Shown: piece by piece, positions 26,701 through 40,189 of the stretch | Position numbering within the stretch: the stretch's first letter is position 1 | Layout: the number at the start of each line of letters is the position of its first letter | Source of the DNA: Eledone cirrhosa | Lineage: Eukaryota | DNA length: 64,000 bases | Assembly: GCA_964016885.1 (NCBI GenBank) | Contig: OZ024744.1 | Span: 4,278,001 to 4,342,000, forward strand | Direction of reading: 5' to 3' | Notes under the pieces: generated by a model | What the model was told of the DNA's origin: nothing | Seen by the model: only the letters and a program-made list of their open reading frames with translations | Database searches by the model: none | Made by a program: the position numbers and the translations under genes

Positions 26701-29700
26701 ACAAGGTAGAGAAAGATAGCTTGGTGAATAACGAAGTTTTGGGGGAAGACAAGGTCGAAAAAGATAGCTTGGTGAAGAACGAAGTTTTGAGGGAAGACAA
26801 GGTAGAGAAAGATAGCTTGGTGAAGAACGAAGTTTTGGGGGAAGACAAGGTAGAGAAAGATAGCTTGGTGAAGAACGAAGTTTTGAGGGAAGACAAGGTA
26901 GAGAAAGATAGCTTGGTGAAGAACGACGTTTTGTGGGAAGACAAGGTAGAGAAAGATAGCTTGGTGAAGAACGAAGTTTTGTGGGAAGACAAGGTAGAGA
27001 AAGATAGCTTGGTGAAGAACGAAGTTTTGGGGGAAGACAAGGTAGAGAAAGATAGCTTGGTGAAGAACGAAGTTTTGGGGGAAGACGAGGTAGAGAAAGA
27101 TAGCCTGGTGAACAACGAAGTTTTGGGGGAAGACAAGGTAGAGAAAGATAGCTTGGTGAAGAACGAAGTTTTGGGGGAAGACAAGGTAGAGAAAGATAGC
27201 TTGGTGAAGAACGATGTTTTGGGGGAAGACAAGGTAGAGAAAGATAGCTTGGTGAAGAACGACGTTTTGAGGGAAGACAAGTTAGAGAAAGATAGCTTGG
27301 TGAAGAACGAAGTTTTGACGGAAGACAAGGTAGAGAAAGATAGCTTGGTGAAGAATGACGTTTTGTGGGAAGACAAGGTAGAGAAAGATAGCTTGGTGAA
27401 GAACGAAGTTTTGTATGAAGACAAGCTAGAGAAAGATAGCTTGGTGAAGAACGAAGTTTTAGGGGAAGACAAGGTAGAGAAAGATAGCTTGGTGAAGAAC
27501 GAAGTTTTGGGGGAAGACAAGGTAGAGAAAGATAGCTTGGTGAAGAACAAAGTTTTGGGGAAAGACAAGGTAGAGAAAGATAGCTTGGTGAAGAACGAAG
27601 TTTTGAGGGAAGACGAGGTAGAGAAAGATAGCTTGGTGAAGAACGAAGTTTTGGGGGAAGACAAGGTAGAGAAAGATAGCTTGGTGAAGAACGAAGTTTT
27701 GGGGGAAGACAAGGTAGAGAAAGATAGCTTGGTGAAGAACGACGTTTTGAGGGAAGACAAGGTCGTGAAAGATAGCTTGGTGAAGAACGAAGTTTTGGGG
27801 AAGACAATGTAGAGAAAGATAGCTTGGGGAAGAACGAAGTTTTGGGGGAAGACAAGGTAGAGAAAGATAGCTTGGTGAAGAACGAAGTTCTGAGGGAAGA
27901 CAAGGTAGAGAAAGATAGCTTGGTGAAGAACGAAGTTTTGGGAGAAGACAAGGTAGAGAAAGATATCTTGGTGAAGAACGAAGTTTTGACGGAAGACAAG
28001 GTAGAGAAAGATAGCTTGGTGAAGAATGACGTTTTGTGGGAAGACAAGGTAGAGAAAGATAGCTTGGTGAAGAACGAAGTTTTGTGTGAAGACAAGCTAG
28101 AGAAAGATAGCTTGGTGAAGAACGAAGTTTTGAGGGAAGACAAGGTAGAGAAAGATAGCTTGGTGAATAACGAAGTTTTGGGAGAAGACAAGGTAGAGAA
28201 AGATAGCTTGGTGAAGAACGAAGTTTTGGGGGAAGACAAGGTAGAGAAAGATAGCTTGGTGAAGAACGAAGTTTTGAGGGAAGACAAGGTAGCGAAAGAT
28301 AGCTTGGTGAATAACGAAGTTTTGGGCGAAGACAAGGTAGAGAAAGATAGCTTGGTGAATAACGAAGTTTTGGGAGAAGACAAGGTCGAGAAAGATAGCT
28401 TGGTGAAGAACGAAATTTTGAGGGAAGACAAGGTAGAGAATGATAGCTTGGTGAAGAACGACGTTTTGAGGGAAGACAAAATAGAGAAAGATAGCTTGGT
28501 GAAGAACGACGTTTTGTGGGATGACAAGGTAGAGAAAGATGACTTGGTGAAGAACGAAGTTTTGGGGGAAGACAAGGTAGATAAAGATAGCTTGGTGAAG
28601 AACGAAGTTTTGGGGGAAGACAAGGTAGAGAAAGATAGCTTGGTGAAGAACGACGTTTTGAGGGAAGACAAGGTAGAGAAAGATAGCTTGGTGAAGAACG
28701 AAGTTTTGGGGAAGACAATGTAGAGAAAGATAGCTTGGTGAAGAACGAAGTTTTGGGGGAAGACAAGGTAGAGAAAGATAGCTTGGTGAAGAACGAAGTT
28801 CTGAGGGAAGACAAGGTAGAGAAAGATAGCTTGGTGAAGAACGACGTTTTGTGGGAAGACAAGGTAGAGAAAGATATCTTGGTGAAGAACGAAGTTTTGA
28901 CGGAAGACAAGGTAGAGAAAGATAGCTTGCGAAGAACGAAGTTTTGGGGGAAGACAAGGTAGAGAAAGATAGCTTGGTGAAGAACGAAGTTTTGTGGGAG
29001 AACAAGGTAGAGAAAGATAGCTTGGTGAAGAACGACGTTTTGAGGGAAGACAAGGTAGAGAAAGGTAGCTTGGTGAAGAACGAAGTTTTGACGGAAGACA
29101 AGGTAGAGAAAGATAGCTTGGTGAAGAATGACGTTTTGTGGGAAGACAATGTAGAGAAAGATAGCTTGGTGAAGAACGAAGTTTTGAGGAAAGACAAGGT
29201 AGAGAAAGATAGCTTGGTGAATAACGAAGTTTTGGGGGAAGACAAGGTCGAAAAAGATAGCTTGGTGAAGAACGAAGTTTTGAGAGAAGACAAGGTAGAG
29301 AAAGATAGCTTGGTGAAGAACGAAGTTTTGGGGGAAGACAAGGTAGAGAAAGATAGCTTGGTGAAGAACGAAGTTTTGAGGGAAGACAAGTTAGAGAAAG
29401 ATAGCTTGGTGAAGAACGACGTTTTGTGGGAAGACAAGGTAGAGAAAGATAGCTTGGTGAAGAAGGAAGTTTTGACGGAAGACAAGGTAGAGAAAGATAG
29501 CTTGCGAAGAACGAAGTTTTGGGGGAAGACAAGGTAGAGAAAGATAGCTTGGTGAAGAACGAAGTTTTGTGGGAGGACAAGGTAGAGAAAGATAGCTTGG
29601 TGAAGAACGACGTTTTGAGGGAAGACAAGGTAGAGAAAGATAGCTTGGTGAAGAACGAAGTTTTGACGGAAGACAAGGTAGAGAAAGATAGCTTGGTGAA

Positions 29701-32700
29701 GAATGACGTTTTGTGGGAAGACAAGGTAGAGAAAGATAGCTTGGTGAAGAACGAAGTTTTGAGGGAAGACAAGGTAGAGAAAGATAGCTTGGTGAATAAC
29801 GAAGTTTTGGGGGAAGACAAGGTCGAAAAAGATAGCTTGGTGAAGAACGAAGTTTTGAGGGAAGACAAGGTAGAGAAAGATAGCTTGGTGAAGAACGAAG
29901 TTTTGGGGGAAGACAAGGTAGAGAAAGATAGCTTGGTGAAGAACGAAGTTTTGAGGGAAGACAAGGTAGAGAAAGATAGCTTGGTGAAGAACGACGTTTT
30001 GTGGGAAGACAAGGTAGAGAAAGATAGCTTGGTGAAGAACGAAGTTTTGTGGGAAGACAAGGTAGAGAAAGATAGCTTGGTGAAGAACGAAGTTTTGGGG
30101 GAAGACAAGGTAGAGAAAGATAGCTTGGTGAAGAACGAAGTTTTGGGGGAAGACGAGGTAGAGAAAGATAGCCTGGTGAACAACGAAGTTTTGGGGGAAG
30201 ACAAGGTAGAGAAAGATAGCTTGGTGAAGAACGAAGTTTTGGGGGAAGACAAGGTAGAGAAAGATAGCTTGGTGAAGAACGATGTTTTGGGGGAAGACAA
30301 GGTAGAGAAAGATAGCTTGGTGAAGAACGACGTTTTGAGGGAAGACAAGTTAGAGAAAGATAGCTTGGTGAAGAACGAAGTTTTGACGGAAGACAAGGTA
30401 GAGAAAGATAGCTTGGTGAAGAACGAAGTTTTGTATGAAGACAAGCTAGAGAAAGATAGCTTGGTGAAGAACGAAGTTTTAGGGGAAGACAAGGTAGAGA
30501 AAGATAGCTTGGTGAAGAACGAAGTTTTGGGGGAAGACAAGGTAGAGAAAGATAGCTTGGTGAAGAACAAAGTTTTGGGGGAAGACAAGGTAGAGAAAGA
30601 TAGCTTGGTGAAGAACGAAGTTTTGAGGGAAGACGAGGTAGAGAAAGATAGCTTGGTGAAGAACGAATTTTGGGGGAAGACAAGGTAGAGAAAGATAGCT
30701 TGGTGAAGAACGAAGTTTTGGGGGAAGACAAGGTAGAGAAAGATAGCTTGGTGAAGAACGACGTTTTGAGGGAAGACAAGGTCGTGAAAGATAGCTTGGT
30801 GAAGAACGAAGTTTTGGGGAAGACAATGTAGAGAAAGATAGCTTGGTGAAGAACGAAGTTTTGGGGGAAGACAAGGTAGAGAAAGATAGCTTGGTGAAGA
30901 ACGAAGTTCTGAGGGAAGACAAGGTAGAGAAAGATAGCTTGGTGAAGAACGAAGTTTTGGGAGAAGACAAGGTAGAGAAAGATATCTTGGTGAAGAACGA
31001 AGTTTTGACGGAAGACAAGGTAGAGAAAGATAGCTTGGTGAAGAATGACGTTTTGTGGGAAGACAAGGTAGAGAAAGATAGCTTGGTGAAGAACGAAGTT
31101 TTGTGTGAAGACAAGCTAGAGAAAGATAGCTTGGTGAAGAACGAAGATTTGAGGGAAGACAAGGTAGAGAAAGATAGCTTGGTGAATAACGAAGTTTTGG
31201 GAGAAGACAAGGTAGAGAAAGATAGCTTGGTGAAGAACGAAGTTTTGGGGGAAGACAAGGTAGAGAAAGATAGCTTGGTGAAGAACGAAGTTTTGAGGGA
31301 AGACAAGGTAGCGAAAGATAGCTTGGTGAATAACGAAGTTTTGGGCGAAGACAAGGTAGAGAAAGATAGCTTGGTGAATAACGAAGTTTTGGGAGAAGAC
31401 AAGGTCGAGAAAGATAGCTTGGTGAAGAACGAAATTTTGAGGGAAGACAAAATAGAGAAAGATAGCTTGGTGAAGAACGACGTTTTGTGGGATGACAAGG
31501 TAGAGAAAGATGACTTGGTGAAGAACGAAGTTTTGGGGGAAGACAAGGTAGATAAAGATAGCTTGGTGAAGAACGAAGTTTTGGGGGAAGACAAGGTAGA
31601 GAAAGATAGCTTGGTGAAGAACGACGTTTTGAGGGAAGACAAGGTAGAGAAAGATAGCTTGGTGAAGAACGAAGTTTTGGGGAAGACAATGTAGAGAAAG
31701 ATAGCTTGGTGAAGAACGAAGTTTTGGGGGAAGACAAGGTAGAGAAAGATAGCTTGGTGAAGAACGAAGTTCTGAGGGAAGACAAGGTAGAGAAAGATAG
31801 CTTGGTGAAGAACGACGTTTTGTGGGAAGACAAGGTAGAGAAAGATATCTTGGTGAAGAACGAAGTTTTGACGGAAGACAAGGTAGAGAAAGATAGCTTG
31901 CGAAGAACGAAGTTTTGGGGGAAGACAAGGTAGAGAAAGATAGCTTGGTGAAGAACGAAGTTTTGTGGGAGAACAAGGTAGAGAAAGATAGCTTGGTGAA
32001 GAACGACGTTTTGAGGGAAGACAAGGTAGAGAAAGGTAGCTTGGTGAAGAACGAAGTTTTGACGGAAGACAAGGTAGAGAAAGATAGCTTGGTGAAGAAT
32101 GACGTTTTGTGGGAAGACAATGTAGAGAAAGATAGCTTGGTGAAGAACGAAGTTTTGAGGAAAGACAAGGTAGAGAAAGATAGCTTGGTGAATAACGAAG
32201 TTTTGGGGGAAGACAAGGTCGAAAAAGATAGCTTGGTGAAGAACGAAGTTTTGAGAGAAGACAAGGTAGAGAAAGATAGCTTGGTGAAGAACGAAGTTTT
32301 GGGGGAAGACAAGGTAGAGAAAGATAGCTTGGTGAAGAACGAAGTTTTGAGGGAAGACAAGTTAGAGAAAGATAGCTTGGTGAAGAACGACGTTTTGTGG
32401 GAAGACAAGGTAGAGAAAGATAGCTTGGTGAAGAACGAAGTTTTGTGGGAAGACAAGGTAGAGAAAGATAGCTTGGTGAAGAACGAAGTTTTGGGGGAAG
32501 ACAAGGTAGAGAAAGATAGCTTGGTGAAGAACGAAGTTTTGGGGGAAGACGAGGTAGAGAAAGATAGCTTGGTGAACAACGAAGTTTTGGTGGAAGACAA
32601 GGTAGAGAAAGATAGCTTGGTGAAGAACGAAGTTTTGGGAAAGACAATGTAGAGAAAGATAGCTTGGTGAAGAACGAAGTTTTGGGGGAAGACAAGTTAG

Positions 32701-34669
32701 AGAAAGATAGCTTGGTGAAGAACGAAGGTTTGAGGGAAGACAAGGTAGAGAAAGATAGCTTGGTGAATAACGAAGTTTTGGGAGAAGACAAGGTAGAGAA
32801 AGATAGCTTGGTGAAGAACGACTTTTTGAGGGAAGACAAGGTAGAGAAAGATAGCTTGGTGAAGAACGAAGTTTTGGGGAAGACAATGTAGAGAAAGATA
32901 GCTTGGTGAAGAACGAAGTTTTGGGGGAAGACAAGGTAGAGAAAGATAGCTTGTTGAAGAACGAAGTTCTGAGGGAAGACAAGGTAGAGAAAGATAGCTT
33001 GGTGAAGAACGAAGTTTTGGGAGAAGACAAGGTAGAGAAAGATATCTTGGTGAAGAACGAAGTTTTGACGGAAGACAAGGTAGAGAAAGATAGCTTGGTG
33101 AAGAACGACGTTTTGTGGGAAGACAAGGTAGAGAAAGATAGCTTGGTGAAGAACGAAGTTTTGTGGGAAGACAAGGTAGAGAAAGATAGCTTGGTGAAGA
33201 ACGAAGTTTTGGGGGTAGACAAGGTAGAGAAAGATAGCTTGGTGAAGAACGAAGTTTTGGGGGAACACGAGGTAGAGAAAGATAGCTTGGTGAACAACGA
33301 AGTTTTGGGGGAAGACAAGGTAGAGAAAGATAGCTTGGTGAATAACGAAGTTTTGGGAGAAGACAAGGTAGAGACAGATAGCTTGGTGAAGAACGATGTT
33401 TTGAGGGAAGACAAGGTAGAGAAAGATAGTTTGGTGAAGAACGAAGTTTTGGGGGAAAAAAAGGTAGAGAAAGATAGCTTGGTGAAGAACGACGTTTTGT
33501 GGGAAGACAAGGTAGAGAAAGATAGCTTGGTGAAGAACGAAGTTTTGGGGGAAGACAAGGTAGAGAAAGATAGCTTGGTGAAGAACGAAGTTTTGAGGGA
33601 ATGCAAAGTAGAGAAAGATAGCTTGATCAAGAACGAAGTTTTGAGGGAAGACAAGGTAGAGAAAGATAGCTTGATGAAGAACGGAGTTTTGAGGGAAGAC
33701 AAGATGGAGAAAGATAGCTTGGTGAAGAACGAAGTTTTGAGGGAAGACAAGGTAGAGAAAGATAGTTTGGTGAAGAACGGAGTTTTGGGGGAAAAAAAGG
33801 TAGAGAAAGATAGCTTGCTGAAGAACGAAGTTTTGAGGGAAGACAAGGTAGAGAAAGATAGCTTGGTGAAGAACGAAGTTTTGAGGGAAGACAAGGTAGA
33901 GAAAGATAGCTTGATGAAGAACGAAGTTTTGAGGGAAGACAAGGTAGAGTAAGATAGCTTGATCAAGAACGAAGTTTTGAGGGAAGACAAGGTAGAGAAA
34001 GATAGCTTGGTGAAGAACGACGTTTTGAGGGAAGACAAAGTAGAGAAAGATAGCTTGATGAAGAACGAAGTTTTGCAGGAAGGCAAGGTAGAGAAAGATA
34101 GCTTGGTGAATAACGAAGTTTTGAGGGAAGACAAGGTAGAGAAAGATAGCTTGGTGAAGAACGATGTTTTCGGGGAAGACAAGGTAGAGAAAGATAGCTT
34201 GGTGAAGAACGAAGTTTTGAGGGAAGACAAGGTAGAGAAAGATAGCTTGGTGAAGAACGAAGTTTTGTGGGAAGACAAGGTAGAGAAAGATAGCTTGGTG
34301 AAGAACGAAGTTTTGGGGGAAGACAAGGTAGAGAAAGATAGCTTGGTGAAGAACGAAGTTTTGGGGGAAGACGAGGTAGAGAAAGATAGCTTGGTGAACA
34401 ACGAAGTTTTGGGGGAAGACAAGGTAGAGGAAGATAGCTTGGTGAAGAACGAAGTTTTGGGGGAAGACAAGGTAGAGAAAGATAGCTTGGTGAAAAACGA
34501 AGTTTTGGGGGAAGACAAGGTAGAGAAAGATAGCTTGGTGAAGAACGACGTTTTGAGGGAAGACATGTTAGAGAAAGATAGCTTGGTGAAGAACGAAGTT
34601 TTGACGGAAGACAAGGTAGAGAAAGATAGCTTGGTGAAGAATGACGTTTTGTGGGAAGACAAGGTAGAG

Positions 34670-35530
34670 AAAGATAGCTTGGTGAAGAACGAAGTTTTGT
34701 ATGAAGACAAGCTAGAGAAAGATAGCTTGGTGAAGAACGAAGTTTTAGGGGAAGACAAGGTAGAGAAAGATAGCTTGGTGAAGAACGAAGTTTTGGGGGA
34801 AGACAAGGTAGAGAAAGATAGCTTGGTGAAGAACAAAGTTTTGGGGGAAGACAAGGTAGAGAAAGATAGCTTGGTGAAGAACGAAGTTTTGAGGGAAGAC
34901 GAGGTAGAGAAAGATAGCTTGGTGAAGAACGAAGTTTTGGGGGAAGACAAGGTAGAGAAAGATAGCTTGGTGAAGAACGAAGTTTTGGGGGAAGACAAGG
35001 TAGAGAAAGATAGCTTGGTGAAGAACGACGTTTTGAGGGAAGACAAGGTCGTGAAAGATAGCTTGGTGAAGAACGAAGTTTTGGGGAAGACAATGTAGAG
35101 AAAGATAGCTTGGTGAAGAACGAAGTTTTGTATGAAGACAAGCTAGAGAAAGATGGCTTGGTGAAGAACGAAGTTTTAGGGGAAGACAAGGTAGAGAAAG
35201 ATAGCTTGGTGAAGAACGAAGTTTTGGGGGAAGACAAGGTAGAGAAAGATAGCTTGGTGAAGAACAAAGTTTTGGGGGAAGACAAGGTAGAGAAAGATAG
35301 CTTGGTGAAGAACGAAGTTTTGAGGGAAGACGAGGTAGAGAAAGATAGCTTGGTGAAGAACGAAGTTTTGGGGGAAGACAAGGTAGAGAAAGATAGCTTG
35401 GTGAAGAACGAAGTTTTGGGGGAAGACAAGGTAGAGAAAGATAGCTTGGTGAAGAACGACGTTTTGAGGGAAGACAAGGTCGTGAAAGATAGCTTGGTGA
35501 AGAACGAAGTTTTGGGGAAGACAATGTAGA
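34670..35530. repeat. Local tandem duplication, period 431 bp (9 monomers minus 1 bp)
   Basis: TAT marker at 34700 and 35131; ORF ends at 35098 and 35529. Confidence 0.8.
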
Positions 35531-36599
35531 GAAAGATAGCTTGGTGAAGAACGAAGTTTTGGGGGAAGACAAGGTAGAGAAAGATAGCTTGGTGAAGAAC
35601 GAAGTTCTGAGGGAAGACAAGGTAGAGAAAGATAGCTTGGTGAAGAACGAAGTTTTGGGAGAAGACAAGGTAGAGAAAGATATTTTGGTGAAGAACGAAG
35701 TTTTGACGGAAGACAAGGTAGAGAAAGATAGCTTGGTGAAGAATGACGTTTTGTGGGAAGACAAGGTAGAGAAAGATAGCTTGGTGAAGAACGAAGTTTT
35801 GTGTGAAGACAAGCTAGAGAAAGATAGCTTGGTGAAGAACGAAGTTTTGAGGGAAGACAAGGTAGAGAAAGATAGCTTGGTGAATAACGAAGTTTTGGGA
35901 GAAGACAAGGTAGAGAAAGATAGCTTGGTGAAGAACGAAGTTTTGGGGGAAGACAAGGTAGAGAAAGATAGCTTGGTGAAGAACGAAGTTTTGAGGGAAG
36001 ACAAGGTAGCGAAAGATAGCTTGGTGAATAACGAAGTTTTGGGGGAAGACAAGGTAGAGAAAGATAGCTTGGTGAATAACGAAGTTTTGGGAGAAGACAA
36101 GGTAGAGACAGATAGCTTGGTGAAGAACGATGTTTTGAGGGAAGACAAGGTAGAGAAAGATAGTTTGGTGAAGAACGAAGTTTTGGGGGAAAAAAAGGTA
36201 GAGAAAGATAGCTTGGTGAAGAACGACGTTTTGTGGGAAGACAAGGTAGAGAAAGATAGCTTGGTGAAGAACGAAGTTTTGGGGGAAGACAAGGTAGAGA
36301 AAGATAGCTTGGTGAAGAACGAAGTTTTGAGGGAATGCAAAGTAGAGAAAGATAGCTTGATCAAGAACGAAGTTTTGAGGGAAGACAAGGTAGAGAAAGA
36401 TAGCTTGATGAAGAACGGAGTTTTGAGGGAAGACAAGATGGAGAAAGATAGCTTGGTGAAGAACGAAGTTTTGAGGGAAGACAAGGTAGAGAAAGATAGT
36501 TTGGTGAAGAACGGAGTTTTGGGGGAAAAAAAGGTAGAGAAAGATAGCTTGGTGAAGAACGACGTTTTGAGGGAAGAGAAGGTAGAGAAAGATAGCTTG

Positions 36600-38220
36600 G
36601 TGAAGAACGAAGTTTTGAGGGAAGACAAGGTAGAGAAAGATAGCTTGATGAAGAACGAAGTTTTGAGGGAAGACAAGGTAGAGTAAGATAGCTTGATCAA
36701 GAACGAAGTTTTGAGGGAAGACAAGGTAGAGAAAGATAGCTTGGTGAAGAACGACGTTTTGAGGGAAGACAAAGTAGAGAAAGATAGCTTGATGAAGAAC
36801 GAAGTTTTGCAGGAAGGCAAGGTAGAGAAAGATAGCTTGGTGAATAACGAAGTTTTGAGGGAAGACAAGGTAGAGAAAGATAGCTTGGTGAAGAACGATG
36901 TTTTCGGGGAAGACAAGGTAGAGAAAGATAGCTTGGTGAAGAACGAAGTTTTGAGGGAAGACAAGGTAGAGAAAGATAGCTTGGTGAAGAACGAAGTTTT
37001 GTGGGAAGACAAGGTAGAGAAAGATAGCTTGGTGAAGAACGAAGTTTTGGGGGAAGACAAGGTAGAGAAAGATAGCTTGGTGAAGAACGAAGTTTTGGGG
37101 GAAGACGAGGTCGTGAAAGATAGCTTGGTGAAGAACGAAGTTTTGGGGAAGACAATGTAGAGAAAGATAGCTTGGTGAAGAACGAAGTTTTGGGGGAAGA
37201 CAAGGTAGAGAAAGATAGCTTGGTGAAGAACGAAGTTCTGAGGGAAGACAAGGTAGAGAAAGATAGCTTGGTGAAGAACGAAGTTTTGGGAGAAGACAAG
37301 GTAGAGAAAGATATTTTGGTGAAGAACGAAGTTTTGACGGAAGACAAGGTAGAGAAAGATAGCTTGGTGAAGAATGACGTTTTGTGGGAAGACAAGGTAG
37401 AGAAAGATAGCTTGGTGAAGAACGAAGTTTTGAGGGAAGACAAGGTAGAGAAAGATAGCTTGATGAAGAACGAAGTTTTGAGGGAAGACAAGGTAGAGTA
37501 AGATAGCTTGATCAAGAACGAAGTTTTGAGGGAAGACAAGGTAGAGAAAGATAGCTTGGTGAAGAACGACGTTTTGAGGGAAGACAAAGTAGAGAAAGAT
37601 AGCTTGATGAAGAACGAAGTTTTGCAGGAAGGCAAGGTAGAGAAAGATAGCTTGGTGAATAACGAAGTTTTGAGGGAAGACAAGGTAGAGAAAGATAGCT
37701 TGGTGAAGAACGATGTTTTCGGGGAAGACAAGGTAGAGAAAGATAGCTTGGTGAAGAACGAAGTTTTGAGGGAAGACAAGGTAGAGAAAGATAGCTTGGT
37801 GAAGAACGAAGTTTTGTGGGAAGACAAGGTAGAGAAAGATAGCTTGGTGAAGAACGAAGTTTTGGGGGAAGACAAGGTAGAGAAAGATAGCTTGGTGAAG
37901 AACGAAGTTTTGGGGGAAGACGAGGTCGTGAAAGATAGCTTGGTGAAGAACGAAGTTTTGGGGAAGACAATGTAGAGAAAGATAGCTTGGTGAAGAACGA
38001 AGTTTTGGGGGAAGACAAGGTAGAGAAAGATAGCTTGGTGAAGAACGAAGTTCTGAGGGAAGACAAGGTAGAGAAAGATAGCTTGGTGAAGAACGAAGTT
38101 TTGGGAGAAGACAAGGTAGAGAAAGATATTTTGGTGAAGAACGAAGTTTTGACGGAAGACAAGGTAGAGAAAGATAGCTTGGTGAAGAATGACGTTTTGT
38201 GGGAAGACAAGGTAGAGAAA
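36600..38220. repeat. Local tandem duplication, period 815 bp (17 monomers minus 1 bp)
   Basis: Identical ORFs 36693..37160 and 37508..37975, which share the private junction variant GAC-GAG-GTC-GTG (~37104, ~37919). Confidence 0.8.
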
Positions 38221-40189
38221 GATAGCTTGGTGAAGAACGAAGTTTTGTGTGAAGACAAGCTAGAGAAAGATAGCTTGGTGAAGAACGAAGTTTTGAGGGA
38301 AGACAAGGTAGAGAAAGATAGCTTGGTGAATAACGAAGTTTTGGGAGAAGACAAGGTAGAGAAAGATAGCTTGGTGAAGAACGAAGTTTTGGGGGAAGAC
38401 AAGGTAGAGAAAGATAGCTTGGTGAAGAACGAAGTTTTGAGGGAAGACAAGGTAGCGAAAGATAGCTTGGTGAATAACGAAGTTTTGGGCGAAGACAAGG
38501 TAGAGAAAGATAGCTTGGTGAATAACGAAGTTTTGGGGGAAGACAAGGTAGAGAAACATAGCTTGGTGAATAACGAAGTTTTGGGAGAAGACAAGGTAGA
38601 GACAGATAGCTTGGTGAAGAACGATGTTTTGAGGGAAGACAAGGTAGAGAAAGATAGTTTGGTGAAGAACGAAGTTTTGAGGGAAGACAAGGTAGAGAAA
38701 GATAGTTTGGTGAAGAACGGAGTTTTGGGGGAAAAAAAGGTAGAGAAAGATAGCTTGGTGAAGAACGAAGTTTTGAGGGAAGACAAGTTAGAGAAAGATA
38801 GCTTGGTGAAGAACGAAGTTTTGAGGGAAGACAAGGTAGAGAAAGATAGCTTGATGAAGAACGAAGTTTTGAGGGAAGACAAGGTAGAGTAAGATAGCTT
38901 GATCAAGAACGAAGTTTTGAGGGAAGACAAGGTAGAGAAAGATAGCTTGGTGAAGAACGACGTTTTGAGGGAAGACAAAGTAGAGAAAGATAGCTTGATG
39001 AAGAACGAAGTTTTGCAGGAAGGCAAGGTAGAGAAAGATAGCTTGGTGAATAACGAAGTTTTGAGGGAAGACAAGGTAGAGAAAGATAGCTTGGTGAAGA
39101 ACGATGTTTTCGGGGAAGACAAGGTAGAGAAAGATAGCTTGGTGAAGAACGAAGTTTTGAGGGAAGACAAGGTAGAGAAAGATAGCTTGGTGAAGAACGA
39201 AGTTTTGTGGGAAGACAAGGTAGAGAAAGATAGCTTGGTGAAGAACGAAGTTTTGGGGGAAGACAAGGTAGAGAAAGATAGCTTGGTGAAGAACGAAGTT
39301 TTGGGGGAAGACGAGGTAGAGAAAGATAGCTTGGTGAACAACGAAGTTTTGGGGGAAGACAAGGTAGAGAAAGATAGCTTGGTGAAGAACGAAGTTTTGG
39401 GGGAAGACAAGGTAGAGAAAGATAGCTTGGTGAAGAACGAAGTTTTGGGGGAAGACAAGGTAGAGAAAGATAGCTTGGTGAAGAACGACGTTTTGAGGGA
39501 AGACAAGTTAGAGAAAGATAGCTTGGTGAAGAACGAAGTTTTGACGGAAGACAAGGTAGAGAAAGATAGCTTGGTGAAGAATGACGTTTTGTGGGAAGAC
39601 AAGGTAGAGAAAGATAGCTTGGTGAAGAACGAAGTTTTGTATGAAGACAAGCTAGAGAAAGATAGCTTGGTGAAGAACGAAGTTTTAGGGGAAGACAAGG
39701 TAGAGAAAGATAGCTTGGTGAAGAACGAAGTTTTGGGGGAAGACAAGGTAGAGAAAGATAGCTTGGTGAAGAACAAAGTTTTGGGGGAAGACAAGGTAGA
39801 GAAAGATAGCTTGGTGAAGAACGAAGTTTTGAGGGAAGACGAGGTAGAGAAAGATAGCTTGGTGAAGAACGAAGTTTTGGGGGAAGACAAGGTAGAGAAA
39901 GATAGCTTGGTGAAGAACGAAGTTTTGGGGGAAGACAAGGTAGAGAAAGATAGCTTGGTGAAGAACGACGTTTTGAGGGAAGACAAGGTCGTGAAAGATA
40001 GCTTGGTGAAGAACGAAGTTTTGGGGAAGACAATGTAGAGAAAGATAGCTTGGTGAAGAACGAAGTTTTGGGGGAAGACAAGGTAGAGAAAGATAGCTTG
40101 GTGAAGAACGAAGTTCTGAGGGAAGACAAGGTAGAGAAAGATAGCTTGGTGAAGAACGAAGTTTTGGGAGAAGACAAGGTAGAGAAAGA

